Assembly (NCBI GenBank): GCA_977030845.1
Contig: OZ365113.1
Location: 20,584,001-20,648,000 of the forward strand
DNA from: Fimbriosthenelais zetlandica
Taxonomy: Eukaryota
Direction of reading: 5' to 3'
DNA: 64,000 nt
Below, piece by piece: positions 12,059 through 26,741 of the stretch. A model generated the notes under the pieces. It was not told the origin of the DNA and did no database searches. It saw only the letters and a program-made list of their open reading frames with translations. The translations under genes and the position numbers were made by a program. Each line of letters opens with the position of its first letter. The stretch's first letter is position 1.

Positions 12059-15000
12059 CTGAAAAAAAAAGACATGGAGTTCTTCAGTGATGTGACAATA
12101 AGCTACAAAATTATTCAACTGAATTGGATATTTCTGAAACTTTATTCACAACGTGAAGATAGACACATTTCGAATGAATGATGGCCTTCAAATTCAAAAG
12201 GACAGCAAACAGTATGGGATTTTCTTCCAAGGATTCATATTTAAACATAAATACCTGAAAACTTTTCAGCTCTTTTACTTTAAAGCATCATAGCGTCATA
12301 TCTATAATATGATACATCAGGGAATCCCCAGCTTGATCCTGATATCATCTAATCTAACGAACTGAGAAATTATTACAGTCGGACTGCCGCCCCTTGACAG
12401 CCTCTAGAGCCTGGGAGTCTGACATCATTACCTAACCAAGCTGTGGAAGCGGAAGTAGGAGATGGCAAGTACTATGATTGGCAGATGAGCGGGTGATTCT
12501 GGGCCAATAGGAAGACTGAAGGCAGGTTGGTGCAGAGCAGCTGCTTGTTCCGCTTATTGATTGTCGGGGAGACGCTCAATTTAACTTTGGATGGGATGAC
12601 ACTGGTCGTATTGGACCCGGTTATCCATCACCCACAGTGAGAATGGCCCCCGCCCATCCTGCCAGGCCTTCAACAGCCCCAGGGGAAGGTGCAGCAATAG
12701 GCAGACTTTGGGGAGATGGGACGCCCCATGTACGTGTATGGCAATAACTACATCACCCAATGTTAAAGTTAAAGAAGCCAGCTTACAGTAGATTCAGCCT
12801 TGGGACGGCTGTCTTAAGGCAGACTGTAAATGGTGAGATTTCTCAGCTATAGAAGGAAAGCTCTTTCATCACAGGGCTTGATGACATCAGGGATTGATTC
12901 TTTCCTGATCACTAGCGATACAAGAGAGGAATCAATTGCTCTACTTGAGAAAACCTGCTTAGTTCTTAAAACACGAGGGATAAAAACCTAAAGCCCTTAC
13001 TTTGGCCTAAAACAAGTTGTATTTGTCCGAAGATTTGAGTCTAAAGTTTGACTCAGGATATCATGCCAAGCTAAATAGAGAGGGCCTTGGTCCAGGCAGA
13101 GGTACAACACTGGGGTGAGGGGAGGTTACACGGCAGCTTGGGCCAATCGATAGTGGTAATTATGTCATGAGAAGAGGGGATCTTTCTTGATGCAGTCCCT
13201 CTCAATTACAGACAGTAATCAGGTGTGGGGATATGGCACGACCCACAGGGGGACAGGAATGGGAACACTGCCAGTGGCAGGTCAGTCCCAACTCTTTCCG
13301 TTGGAGCTTCGCAGGAAGAGAAAAAAGACACCAGCTAATGATTTGGCCGTGCTAGGACCCACCATTTTGTGGCTAGAGATGAAGAAATCAGAGATGGTTT
13401 TGGATTGATCAGCAACAGATGTCATCAAATGACTAACACAGTTAAACTGGCAAGCAACAGTTGTTGATTATCCCCAAAATCTAAATCTACTTTTTCTACT
13501 CATAAGTTTTAAGCCTCAATCTTTGCATCAGTGGTATATTAATTGGTTTGTTGGACCAAAGAAAAGTAAAGTATGTGCAACCCCATGATCAATATCACCG
13601 CTGCATGCAGTTGATCATTTGAACAAGTGGATCTTTGAACATATTCCATCGATAGAATTTGCCTGGGGCCGTTGTAACTCATTGTAGCTATAGATTATTA
13701 TTGATTATTGATTACCAGAAATCTACATGGCCGCAAGCTTTAAATTATCAGTATGTACATAGCAGGGGAAATGTGTATAGGTCTCAATCCCATAGTCAGC
13801 AGTTTCGACATATTCACAGAAGAGCTGCAAAATTTCGGTGTCGACCTTTGTTCAGATTTCAAAGCCAGACAGGCATATATCCTCGTCCTTTAAGAACAAA
13901 AATGAAACGCCAAAGGAAATAATAAGAAACACAGTCCTGAATGACTAAAATAAAATGAAGGGATGTGTATTATGTCATCAGCCATCTGCCTACCGAGCTC
14001 AGTGGAATAACCCTAACTTTATCTATGCATCATGTGTACCCTTCTTTTATTACTCTGACAGAATGATAATGATAAATGACTCAGAATGATGTATCACTCC
14101 TGTTTGCGCAAGACAGTAATAAATCACACATAAATGTAAGCATGTATGGATAAGACTGTCATATGTAATGTTTACTGATATACATATGTGGAACAAAGAC
14201 ATCTTCTATGAGGATATATGATACATATTATGTACTGGATACAGCCTTGTCTACAACTTATCTAATGTGGCGGATCCATTAATACCGTGGGTGGATATGT
14301 TTCACTAAGGTAAATGTACCTCAACTGCTATTCAATATCTTACCCACTAAAACAGGTTCTCCCTGAATATCAACTTGTCATATTTCTTCATAATAAAAAA
14401 CAATTTCAGTAGAAAGTATTTTCAGGTCAGGCAGACATATTATATGCTATAGGGGGCACTTTATTTGTTTGAAACATTCTATCTTATGTCGCTTCCCTCC
14501 ACCCACTCACCATGGCTCGACATTAATGATAACAATGAAAATGAGATTTGTCCTGGGGAGATGTCGAGCTTCTTTTGAGGCAGTGGGAAAAATGGATGAT
14601 TACAGTCTGGCTTTTATATCCGGCGCTAAATCGCCCCTTCCTACCAGTTTGGGAAGATTAAAGTGGCAGCCAGTGAAAATGAGAAATGAGTTGGTGGTTG
14701 GGTGGTGGTTGCTGGGGCTGGTGGTGGTGGGTGGATGAAGTAGAAGTATCACAAAAATAGCGTGTTCCTCCATGCTGGAGGCTCTGATTTCTCATCAGGG
14801 TTATGGCAGCAGGATGTCATCAGACAGCGCCAGATTTGACAGCATTACACCCCGTATCCACTTAACCGTTTTTCCTAACATACGTCTCCACTGGATTCAA
14901 CCGATATTTACAGCAGAACACTGCGAAAATACACTGATAAAAAGGGCACCTAGCCTTTACGTTTTGGGTAGATGATCACAGAGTAATTCACGATAGGAAT

Positions 15001-18000
15001 TTGGTAATCATAGCGAAGAAAAAGCAGACTGGATACTTTCTTCCGCCGGTAATTTTAAGGGACTAACAGAACCCAAGAAATGATATACATTGGGTTATTT
15101 CGGATTCTCAGAATAGTGACATTTTAGTATGAGCTGGCATAGCACTATCAATCTTTGCTATAGACAAGTTACAATAAGTTACAATCACCTCCCACAGACT
15201 CATCTATATATATACAACTATTTCATCAGATATATGGGATATGGATACAAGTCGAAGCTTGCCTTCAAGGTGATAGACAGCTGATATACAGAAGTTAAGG
15301 AGGATGGAGCATCTTTGCATCCTGTTGGGAGGAAGAAAGCATCATTGGTTTTTTGTGTTTTCCACTGATCCATCACTATGAAAGCCGAAGTAATAGCCAA
15401 GGCCCACTTGATTGATGACGAAATGGAGCTAGGCTTACCAGAACTTATAAATCATCTTTTTGTCACTTTCGAAGAATGCCACTATAACAACTTAAGGCCT
15501 GCATAGAAATTCTGGATTGAATAAACTTCGGATGAACTTTCGACTAAAATTCCACTACGCAATATTGCAAAACAGAAAAATGTCTTTTCTGCGATTTGTT
15601 CAACTTGGTCGAGACCGAAGATGCTTCCACGACTGATTCTGAGACGAGTCACTTCAAAATTTGTTACAAATATGGTTAATTTCAAGGGACCAAGTAGTGA
15701 AAGTTGGAAGTTAATGAACAAGTTAGTAAACAAGTTGTGACCATGTTTGTGTCAGCTAGGTGGAGTTTACCAAACACCAAGGTCCTATATCGCCTGCATG
15801 TCTGTACTAGGCATGGATGACAGTGTTGTTAACACCTCCCTCCTCTACCATCACCCGTCTGAGTAAGCCAGGCATGCGAATCTCTAATTGACGGCTACAT
15901 GCCTGCAGATTTCTGCTTCATCAGATTGCACCTGGGAGGCAAGATTCAGCCCGGACTTCAGCTGTCTCTCTCTAAGTCAAGCTTCCAGTCCTAAACAGTT
16001 TACTCTGACTTAGAGTCTCACATGTACCTGACTGCTGATAAATATAGCATTTCCACCATTGACCTTTTCACCTTTTAAACATAAATGATTGTTTTAATAG
16101 TTTATAATTTTGAGAAAATGCAGCGCAGAAAGCAATTATCTATTCCGAAGCAAACGTGCAGTGGGATTAACGTCAATCTTTGTCAAGGTCTCTAAGCTCA
16201 TTTGCTCTACCCCAGGGAATGAAGTTGGAAGACTTGACATTACTAATAATCCCAGACACCTGCATCTTGCATGAGGTGCATGGTGGAAAGACAATAGACG
16301 AGACACAAAATTGACATCAGTCCCATGCATTGTGCATGCATTCACTGGCTGATGGTGAAACATCATTACAATGTTTCTGTCATGAAAGCAGCTCCTAAAT
16401 GGGCCCAAAACTGGCCGAAACCCATACTTTAAAGACAAATATTATACTTTAATATCACTATCACTAATTAATAGCCTAATTAATCAATTATATATATGAG
16501 TTTGCTGAACGTTTCTCCACCTGCCTGTATACCCCATATCTCAAATACCTGATCCATTTCCCATTATAGCCTTGCTCGCTGCTAAACACCATCCATCAGA
16601 GGCAGCCCTACTAACATCCCATTAAGCCAGCCACCGGAGGTGTGAAGTGCAGCCAAGTGGAACCAATGTTCACGCCTTTGCCAGAGGCGGAGCAGCTATT
16701 ATGTTGCTGTTTAGCCTGACAGGTGTCCTGCTGTTATGTATTGTATGGAGAGTTAGTGAGGCGAGCAGTTCTCTGCCTGGATAACCCACAATTATGAGCT
16801 CCTCACAAAGAAAGCCTCAGTGATTTGAGCATTGCTCAACTGCCATGCACTATTAGGCGAGCATAACAGAGTGCCAATTTTGCGCTTGTTTGAGGTTTTG
16901 CATGAGGAATGGTTTGTTAACCAGTTAGCAGCCTTTTGATTTATGTCCGTTACTTTGGCTGTAAAATATAGTTTTGCTGAATAATAGAGACGTCCTTTCC
17001 TAATCGGGGCTCCGATAGATACACTCTTTATTCATACAAATAAATGCAATAACCTGGACCTGAACAGATAAGTATACCCCGACATATCAATGGAAAGTTT
17101 TTTCACAATAAATCAACCTAAACCAAGTCCTGTATGATTGGGAATAAATATTCGTCGTCAATTTTAAGGCGAAGATATGAATGTAACCATAGACACTGTT
17201 TTTGAGTTCCGTATCATGGCCAACAGCTTTCGCTGTTCATATTTCAATCCCAGTCGCTACATGCAAATAACACACATTGGTACTGCTAGGTTTGCTAATT
17301 AATATTCAAACTAATAATATTGTATTTGTGTATGTACGAGGATGTTGTTCCTAAATGGTCATCGGGAGGTGACCGCCAGAATGACTCTCTGTTTGTTGAC
17401 AGTCGATTTTCTCTTGGTAGTTTTAGCTATCATTGACCAATGAGGTCGAAGTGAAAACTAATAATATTGTATGTTTCTTGAATTTCCCAGAGAAATCCCA
17501 TTCTCCTGGAAAATAGTATAGCCATACATAATGCTGAATTTAGTCAAGAATGCAGTTATAAATGTAATACTACCAACATGTCTTTCTCAATTCCCCTTTC
17601 AAAAATTGTAATATAAAATAAACAATATCGAATATATCCAATATCGAAGAAATCTTCAAGCTTTACGAAATAATTAAACCTCACAAATCGCCTAAAGGTC
17701 AAACGGTTGGGAGTTTGCAACCCGAAAGGAAAAACAAAAGATGCAGTTTCATGTATTCATGAAGAAAAAATGTCAAATTTGATTAAATGGATATCACATT
17801 CTGTATTCATACTTGGTAACAAAAATCCAAGGTTTTTAAAGACCTTAGGATTGCTATAGGAGATGCTGCAATAAAGGAAATGGGAAAAGTTCTTGACTTG
17901 CCTTCTTGATTGTATTTTATAGAGTTGCAAAATGAAATGCCTTGCTGAAAATTCTTTGAGAAATGAAGCACCAACATAATAATTATGGGTTGGTAAAGAA

Positions 18001-21000
18001 GCTAATTATTCAAACATTTCATTTTTGCACATTATAATGTATTGTGATGTTCAGAGGATCTAATTCTCTACTATCATCTTTGGTAATAGAGTCATTGAGA
18101 ATACAAAGAAAGACATTATGGGCATATTCAGCTTGATTCCGCTGTCTTAATAGGAGTGAGCTGAATTCTCTTTCAGGATAATAATGTCTAAAGGAAATGC
18201 CACACAACCAATTTTTTCATAAATCAAGAACGGCAAGCTGTTTACTCTATAGACTCCTCTATACAATCGTGACTTGAATATGAAGGTGCAGCTTCAACAC
18301 TGTACCTTTAATGCCAGATTAACTGCCGACATAAAACTGAGCCTACATACTCTAACTCTAATGATAGACCATTCGTCAGTTGCCAAACACATTTCTCAAC
18401 GAAAATCTCTAAATCTGAATTAATGATTCAGGAACTGCCTCCACCATTTTTCAAAAGGCAGGAAGGAAAAAAGTTGTTTAATTTACTTTGTATGGGCAAT
18501 CGAGCCAGTTCCTTATTCTACACAGCCTAAGCTGCCAGGATGATCAAGCAAGTTTTGCACACGGTCCGCATTTTGACTATGCTAACTCCCACAAGACTAT
18601 AGATATTGATGCAGCCAATAGAAGTGTGGAGTATAGGCTGAGCACGCAAGACACAGACTAATCTGATCAATTCTCTGGAATGTTTGGATTTCACTCTAAT
18701 GCCCTCAAAATAGTTAAGCATTGAGATAATTTACTACTCTGTTGTAGTCCAAACTACAACACATCAGATAGCTTTGAATTCATATTTTAACCTGATATTC
18801 ATATTCTTGCCTGCATTATGACTAACATATTTATAAAAATATAAAAAGATCTAAGTGCAATATTAATCTAAAAACTTCACTCAACTTCATATAACCATCA
18901 TGCAATTAAAAATTTGGCTCCCAAAAATTACTGGGTAAAGCCTCGTGGAGAGAGAATAATGGTAGCAAATCACCATTAGAGGGTAGAGATGTATAGGCAG
19001 GCATTGACTGGTTAGAATGGAAACCTTAATAAGGGCCTCCCACCCTGGGAGAAGGAGGAGGAGCTCAGAGCAGGTCTTAGCACCTGGTCAGACCAATCTG
19101 CTACAGTCAACAACCTAGAGAACATCCATTATACCGGGACCATGCACTTACACCCCACCAGCTACATCAATCATACCTTTAATAAGCCCGCCTTCTTGTC
19201 CTCACCCCCTACCCTCCTTCCATAAATTAATAAATGCATGTATCTTATGTGTGGGGGGCAATTGGTGGAGGAGGATGAAGGGGTGGAGAGGGTTGCTTAT
19301 GCTACTCTTCAGATAGATATAATTTATGGTAATATATTGCCAGAGTTTTGTCCCTCGATGGGGTGAGTGGAATGGTTAAATTGGTGAATCGATTCTGTCG
19401 CTGAGCAGAGTCATTTGTTTTGCTAGAATGTATGCTCTGGATTTTTTTTAATCAATTGGAATCCATAGCTGAAGAAGCGTCCAGTTATGGAGTTGGCATG
19501 CAGCAGATACCGCTTAGTCTATGGCATATATTATGTGTCAAGTATAAAACACACTTCAGCATCTATATAGTCATCGAATATGTATGGATTGGAATCGGGT
19601 TAACAGTTGCAACTGTTGCCTTTGAGATGAATGATTGAAAGAAGGGGGTCTTCAGCACTAATAATTTATGGCATACCTTAAGACTTCTTTTTCCAAGAGT
19701 GACGTCAGGGAACACAATGCATAATTGTGTGTGGGGGGCGTGTGGGTGTGTGTGAATTGAGGCCTTTCATGGACGACCACATCGCAATATCCAAGTAACC
19801 CAGCGCGATTGAATCGCCTGCCAATCATGTAAATTTCATTTTAGTTTTCTACATTATTTGTCATGCATCATTAAAAGAGACCTAAGAATGAAGAAGCATC
19901 AGACAACGTAATCAAGTGTAATACAGGTTCTTGTATATTAAGATCTATCATCTATATACTAGGCTTGCAGCCAGCACTTCTTAATCTTTCAGTGGCACAG
20001 CTGTTTGCTTTTGTGAATACATCTTTGCATGAGAACATGGTAGGAATGAGCAATAAGGGTAAGAGTTGAGCTAGTGGAATCCACGGCCAAGGCCATGTGG
20101 AACCCTTCCCTTGGCAAGCCATTTTCCTCATACCTTAAATTGATATCTAGCCCACACACTATGATAAGTATGGCCAACTACATGTATGTAGTGGGAATCT
20201 AGTTCAATAACTGTTGTATTATGAAATTATACTCTGTGACATCCTCCCATAGGGATTCAAAGGAGAGCAGTCCTTTGTTGTACTCTGGCCTATAGCACTG
20301 TTTAATTTTCAGTTTGTCACTGCTGCGTGTGAACAATCCATCCTGAGAACAGGTCCAGGAGAAAGATCAGCGTGGATAAACACATTTGTTGGGTTGGCAG
20401 GGACAGAATGATGGAGGGTGTATGCAGAAAACCATTGCTATCTTTACTAAATGGGATAGGAAAAATGTGAGTGGTAAAGCTACTGTATGAAAGCACACGG
20501 GCTTTATATAACTAGTTGACCGTAGTAAAGAACTATTAATCATAACATATATAATTACTGAGCATATTATGTGAGCTGATCTTTAGCTTGTTAAGGCCGC
20601 ACTTAGGTCATGTAGACCTGTTGCCTATGAGCTAATGCATTTAGTTCTGAAGCAGTCCAAAAAGCCTAGATCAGGGAGAGAAGCTTGATTGGTCATGAAC
20701 AGTTCGTAACACCTATGATCCTTTGGGAGCAGATGCGAGTAGGTCGGTCATTAGGGCTCAGAATCCATGAGGTCAAAGCGGAGTGGAAGACATAACAGTG
20801 GCCCTGAGTAGTTCATAAACGGCCATAATCACAGCAGACTGATGGCCAAGAAACTATTTGAAATGAGGGGGCCGTTATATTTCCCGCTGCAACTGCACTT
20901 CTGAGTTGAACGTGTGATAAAAACCACTGTGCTCCTATTGGGACCTCAACACCTATAATGAATTCCTACAAGTGTGGGGGAAGGGATTCCCCCAGTGGAT

Positions 21001-24000
21001 TTCCTAAGTCCACTGGGAACACGGTCAATCTCTTAGCCATCCCCAACTAATTGTGAGCAATCCCATTCTCGTTCCAATGCTTAGTCAGTTGTCTCTAGCT
21101 TGGAGACTATTACTGAAGACAACAGAATAGTTTACATTCAGCACACAGGCCGACTTGATTGATGGTAGTGTTACCTTGGCCTGCCCCTTAAACCCACAAC
21201 CCACAAATGAAGGCCCTGTTTGGGTGTCAATGGAGGATGGTATTCATCTTCTAAAGTCAGTTTTGCTTTCAGTAATCGCTCTGCCAATGTGGTCTTAAAG
21301 AGCCTTCGACCTTTAACCCTTCATATGGGTCTCGTTGCTTTGTTTCTTGCTCTCATGGGAAGCCTCAAGTGCAATCCACAAGCAACCTGCGAGTCGTCTG
21401 TGAAACTGGGGATGAATTAGCTTGCACGATATAGTCCCTTAGCAACATGGGAAATGGGCCAGGTAAACCACAAGGGTGTCTGGGACAATGTTAGTCTTCT
21501 TTTGGCACCAATAAAGGGACAAGACCATGTTTTCATAGCACATCATGAGAGTTTTTCCATCATTTTGTAATGCCGCCATTCATCATAAAACCAACATAAC
21601 CCATAGCAGTACTGATGGCAACGTCAACAAGAATTGGCCCAAACCGAAAGTGATACAGCTTTTTAGAATTTCCCAGATATCCGAATATGAAAAAATGAAA
21701 ACTAGGTAAGACAGCTTCATATCGAATGGATATGCAAAATACAAGAAATGGATTTGACGGAACAGACCTCAAAGCTGATAACCTTAAAGCAGATGTCGTG
21801 ATTCATCATTCAATATCAGTTCTTTAAACTGATATCATTTGCAAAAGATCTCGAATAAACAACCATAAATTAGGATCAACATGAACATGGTCTTGAAGCG
21901 AATACTGATTATCGACTCTCCTTCATTCTCCTTGCTGAACTTCGTATTAAACATTTCAAAACAGCCCTTGTGCCACTCCAACCAGTGTCAATGTAAACTA
22001 TTTGTCATCTGTTACATTCTGAAAGTCAAAATTTCTGTTCAGTAAACATGACAGTTGATGATCTGTAGACATTCTTTTCTGCCATAGAGGGTCAGTCTTC
22101 ATTCAATTTGTGAAGACATAGAATTAGTTCCTGCCGTCCTACATGTCTCTATATCTTAAAGAATGGTCCATGTCATAACTTTTAAAAGGTAAGATTCGTA
22201 AAGGAATGTACAGAAGCAAGAATCCTTGTATGGAATCATTCAGTATTTCCATGCCCAGCATGCACCAGTATTATGTGTCAGAAGTGGTTTGATTGTGTCT
22301 GGCAGCATCACGGCATTGACGTTGACTTGGTCGGGGCTGGGGCATGCTGCAGCGGGGTACATTTTTATCATTTGCTCAGGGCCCAATTCCTCTTGACAGG
22401 GTCGGTCCTGATCAGGTCGTCCAGATTGACTCCAGCTTTAGACATGACGTCCAACAGCATGCTGCGAATACACTTCTGATGACGACAGTGCCAGCCCACT
22501 CAGTTCCCTCTCCAAAAGGAGTTCTTTTTGAGAGTCATTTTACATTGTACTTGTTTCAATGTAGCAAACAGGTAGCATTTACTGAGTATTTAACTTGAAT
22601 TTGAGTTGTCAAAATCTAGATATGCTCAAAACCCTATATATTTCAAAGGGGTTTCCACATCATTATGCCTAGCATCGCCCGGACATTGGCAGCAGCAGGC
22701 AAAGTTCATCCACACGATAAACCTATACCTTTTTACAAATCATGAGCCATTTGAAGCATTTCAGTGATTACAGTTGCAGGTGTCACACAATCTTTTGCAA
22801 TTAACTCGTAAATGATAACTGAATGTGCACCTGCCTTCAAGTCGTGATTGAGTGTCTACTTTCTTTCATTTTAAAATATGCTTTTCCCAGTATTTTATAG
22901 CGAAACTGCTGCCAGTCAGACATGAACAGAAGTCCTGCTTAAAATTCAAACGTCCTCTGGATTACCAGAGTATTTCATTTAGAAAAATGTGCATATATGT
23001 AAAACTATTCGAAACTAATGGAAGCTATTAGCCACTTTGAACACTAATGCTTTTTCATGACTGAACAGTTTCTTGGAAATTGAAACAATGGAAAAACCAT
23101 ACATGTATTGCACAGTATGATTTCACTATAATAGCTCCTCCATTAGGACTGCTAAGAAAAAGCAATCCAACTATGCATTCCATCATTTAGAAATTTTCCA
23201 AAAATGGTCAGAGCTCCAGAGTAACTAAAAACTGAGGTGAATAAGCATGAGAAGACACGTCCTTGGAATAAATTTGAGATGAGAAACCATTTACAATATT
23301 AACAGGGATTACAGTCTTTTTTGTCCAAATACTTTTCGAAAACGATTGCCACTCCCAAAGAACGCCCATGGGGAAAGAGGTGGCTGTGTGTATTAAGGTG
23401 GACCATAATACAGCACGTTAGGCCTTGTGATCAATTGATTTGACTTGTGAATCTCATGATTCCCCGGGACACGTCTGCTGTGAGGCAAGATCTACCAGAG
23501 GTGTTCAAAAGCACTCTAAATGAACGTCTGTAAAGGTTTTGGTGTTTGGTTCGGCCGCTCTTGTATGGTATGCCGAGGTCCCTGAGCAGGAGCAGTGCAT
23601 ATTCTGGAGCGAGTCTCATCCTAATCTCGCGCCATTGTGGGACTGCGAGAACTGTATAAAACCTCGCCTCCCAGGGAGCAACGCCCCCTGGATCCGGTCT
23701 ATAGAAGCGTAACTTGGGAGCCATAGAAACTCCACTGCTCAACTACTGGAGGATTCTAGTCACAGATAGCCTGGAGGAGATCAATCCGGGCTGTTCCTGC
23801 ACACTCAACACCTCCCCCTCTGGACAGATCCCAAATGACCGGAGTCCAATGCACACATACAAATGATAAGACATGGCCCCTCCCAGCACATTCCTTCCTA
23901 CACCCGTAATCATATCAACCTGGTAAAGGCGTGTCGACAGTGCTCTGTCAATGCCTGATGAAAAGAACATATCCTTCTCCATTTATCTGCACACCATACG

Positions 24001-25888
24001 GGATGAGTCAGTCTTTTGCAAGACCAACAAACAGTTCCTCAATAGCAATGATTACAACATTGCATGGGGTCATCTTCTACCCTTGAATTCATGTCTGCAT
24101 ATTCCACAATGAAAGATCTGCGCATCTCATAATAGCATGAAATAATATAAAAATTATATTCAATTACCCCAAGAAACCATTGGACCAAGGATATGGGTAA
24201 ATACCATATGACTGAGTATAATTCTGGAGAAAATTCAGTGGATCAAACACTTCCTTGTACACTGTATTATTATGAGCATTAGGATTTTAGGATTTTGTTC
24301 ACTCGCTAATAACAATAACATGATGATGCACATGGACCCCACTGCCAGGAACATGGCATCCATATCTTAATCAAATAACTTAATCAAATTACCTATAACC
24401 CCTTTATACTCGGGCCAATACATGTTGCAACATAATTTCATAAGAGCCTCAGCGAAATTCATTACAGATAGAAATCTGTAGTACACTGAAGATATAAGTA
24501 AGATTAGAAATGGGATACTACTACTCTGTCTGCTGTCCCCACTATCTCCAATACGATATGCCTCGCTCTCGTCAGCTTTGATATTAATCTCATTAAGACC
24601 TTTCTAATTATCGTGATACCTTCTCGTGTTCTCTTTCAGAGAACTGTTTTCTGCTCATGATTATATTTCCAAGGAATTCGTGCGACGAGAATAGTATGCT
24701 TTCAATGGTTTTACAGATGCGCATTCGCTGATTTTATATGCATTATAATTGCATTAGGACAAGCATAATTATATATTTTCAGTTCAAATAATAAAATGTA
24801 CACGACTGTATAAATACTTTGCATCAATGCCTGTATCACAAATACTGCGTTGATATCTCTGCGTGTAAAGTTGATAAAGCAATGAGCCGTGATATTATTT
24901 TTCTAGCAATTGGTATATAGGTATCAAATATGAAACGCAAGACATTGTAAAAAAGGGAATTACCAAAGAATTCTATATTTTGTGGGAGGCTTTGCATATC
25001 TGGAAATTGCAATAAGGAGGGAATTATTTCTTGACTTGATTCTTAAAAACATATAATTATTGTCTGCATGTGAGACAGAGGAGAGAGTTTTGACTCAATC
25101 CACAAGATTTCTTTCTGTAAAGTCTGCTGTTTAAAATGGACGGCGAGGCAAATATGTGGATAAGGTGAGAAACCTGAGACCATGAGTTCATGAAAATCAG
25201 ATACGTAAGGCGAGGGACGAGGCAATCCAATAAACATGAGGATTTTTTTTTCAGTTTTTGATGAAATAACAATATCTGGCAAAACCCACGGCATAAAATA
25301 ATAATGGATGGCTAATATGTTGAAGTTGAGGAGGTGGAGAGAAACGAAAGACTGCTGGAGAGCGACAGAAAAAAGTGAGATGTGATCAAAATTCTTATTC
25401 CGTTTCTATAAGGACGAAGAAAGCAAATATAGAAAGAAAGTAATGGCTTTGAGGTCGCCATCTTGCATTGTGATGTATCATAATATCTAAGTATCAAAAT
25501 GTGCACGTCGTCTATATTTATCACATTTATTCCCTGTTGCCCTAAAAAAATATCATACATTCTAAACTTTGTAGAGCCCACCCATGCATCTAAGGAGTGT
25601 ATCCAGACTTACAAAGTATAGCAGACCCCCTGCATAATCTTCAATAATATTCATCCTCCTCTTCCCAATCCCACTGGAATACACTGCATACCAGATAGAT
25701 CAAACAGCCCCCGAAACCAGCACAATGCTTCACAGTTATCACATCTTTTTAATATTTTCCACCATCTGTCATCATTTCTCCATCCATCAATCACTAAAAT
25801 CCTGAAATATGGAAGCACCGGTGAAGAGAGAGGAGAGAGGAAGTAGAAGGCAAAAGAATTAATAAAGAAGGAGAGATTGATAACTCAC

Positions 25889-26129
25889 TGTCTTCGCTTG
25901 AGTATCCCAGATGCATTTTGGGTGGATAAACTGCCTCGCCCACTGAGTTGATAGCCAGGACATAGATATCGTAAGGCTTGTATATGGGCTGGTCTTCGAT
26001 CACGAGCTGGTTTGTGTCAGCTTCCACTATCACTTCCTTGAATTCTGGTTTGGCTCCAACAAGATCGTGTCTCCTCCATTTCACGAGGTAATAGAAGCCT
26101 GGGGCGTTGTGTTCCTCCTTGGGTACAAG
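25889..26129 (-). CDS. Nrg: L1CAM/neuroglian-family exon: remainder of FNIII-2 (241 nt, phase 0 to 1)
   Basis: Acceptor cttttctctcgcctacag|CTT and donor GACA|GTGAGT. Translation LVPKEEHNAPGFYYLVKWRR...LVIEDQPIYKPYDIYVLAINSVGEA...GYSSED fits neuroglian FNIII-2 (HNAPG--Y-V-W, P-Y--Y-I-V-A-N--G, GYSGED-like). Its phase matches the upstream exon. Confidence 0.95.
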
Positions 26130-26674
26130 CTGTAGGCGAGAGAAAAGAAAGGAGGTACTCAGTTATTTAGCGGTAAATGGAGGAGAAGCTCGTTTATACC
26201 CAGGGGTGACTTCCTCTAATAGAGATATTTTGGTGAGATTTGCGTTATAGACCACCATAAAGTCAAAATTAATGATAATGATCAATAAGCTTTAAATCAT
26301 GACATAGGAATGAAGAGATGGATACACTGAAAACGCCTGGAGACGTTAAGAATGCTGTAATTAATACGTTTTTCAATGCAGATGCTCAAGCTTTCAATGT
26401 GACAAAGAATGTCCTATCTGAAGATTCACTGTAACATTTTGTTCAACAACCTATTAGTCCGGCAGCCAAGAGACCTAACCTCAAAGTGGCTGATAGTTTT
26501 TTTCTCCGTTGAATCTTGGAGGTTTGGTGCACTGTTGGGAATTTTTAATTATTCCAGGTTGTTTTGCAACACCACGTTTTGGATAAAAAAAAACAAACCC
26601 AGTTACAGGTATTTCCTATACAAAGAATGTAATTCTGATTTTACCTACATCATTCGAATATATGTTTAAATCAG

Positions 26675-26741
26675 GGGCCCATTTCAAGAGGAAAATTAGC
26701 AATGTTAAGTCTATGGCTAATTTTTGTTTTGAAATGGGCAC
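26675..26741. mobile_element. ~67-bp palindromic MITE (Harbinger-like), copy 2
   Basis: 26-bp arm GGGCCCATTTCAAGAGGAAAATTAGC, 15-bp core AATGTTAAGTCTATG, then a 26-bp inverted arm. Left flank is CAG. Confidence 0.8.

Noticed and set aside
15439-15498. 60-nt pseudo-exon with plausible acceptor and strong donor (CTG|GTAAGC)
   Set aside because: It has a stop in the required phase 1 and also in phase 0. It shows that chance pseudo-exons occur in these introns.
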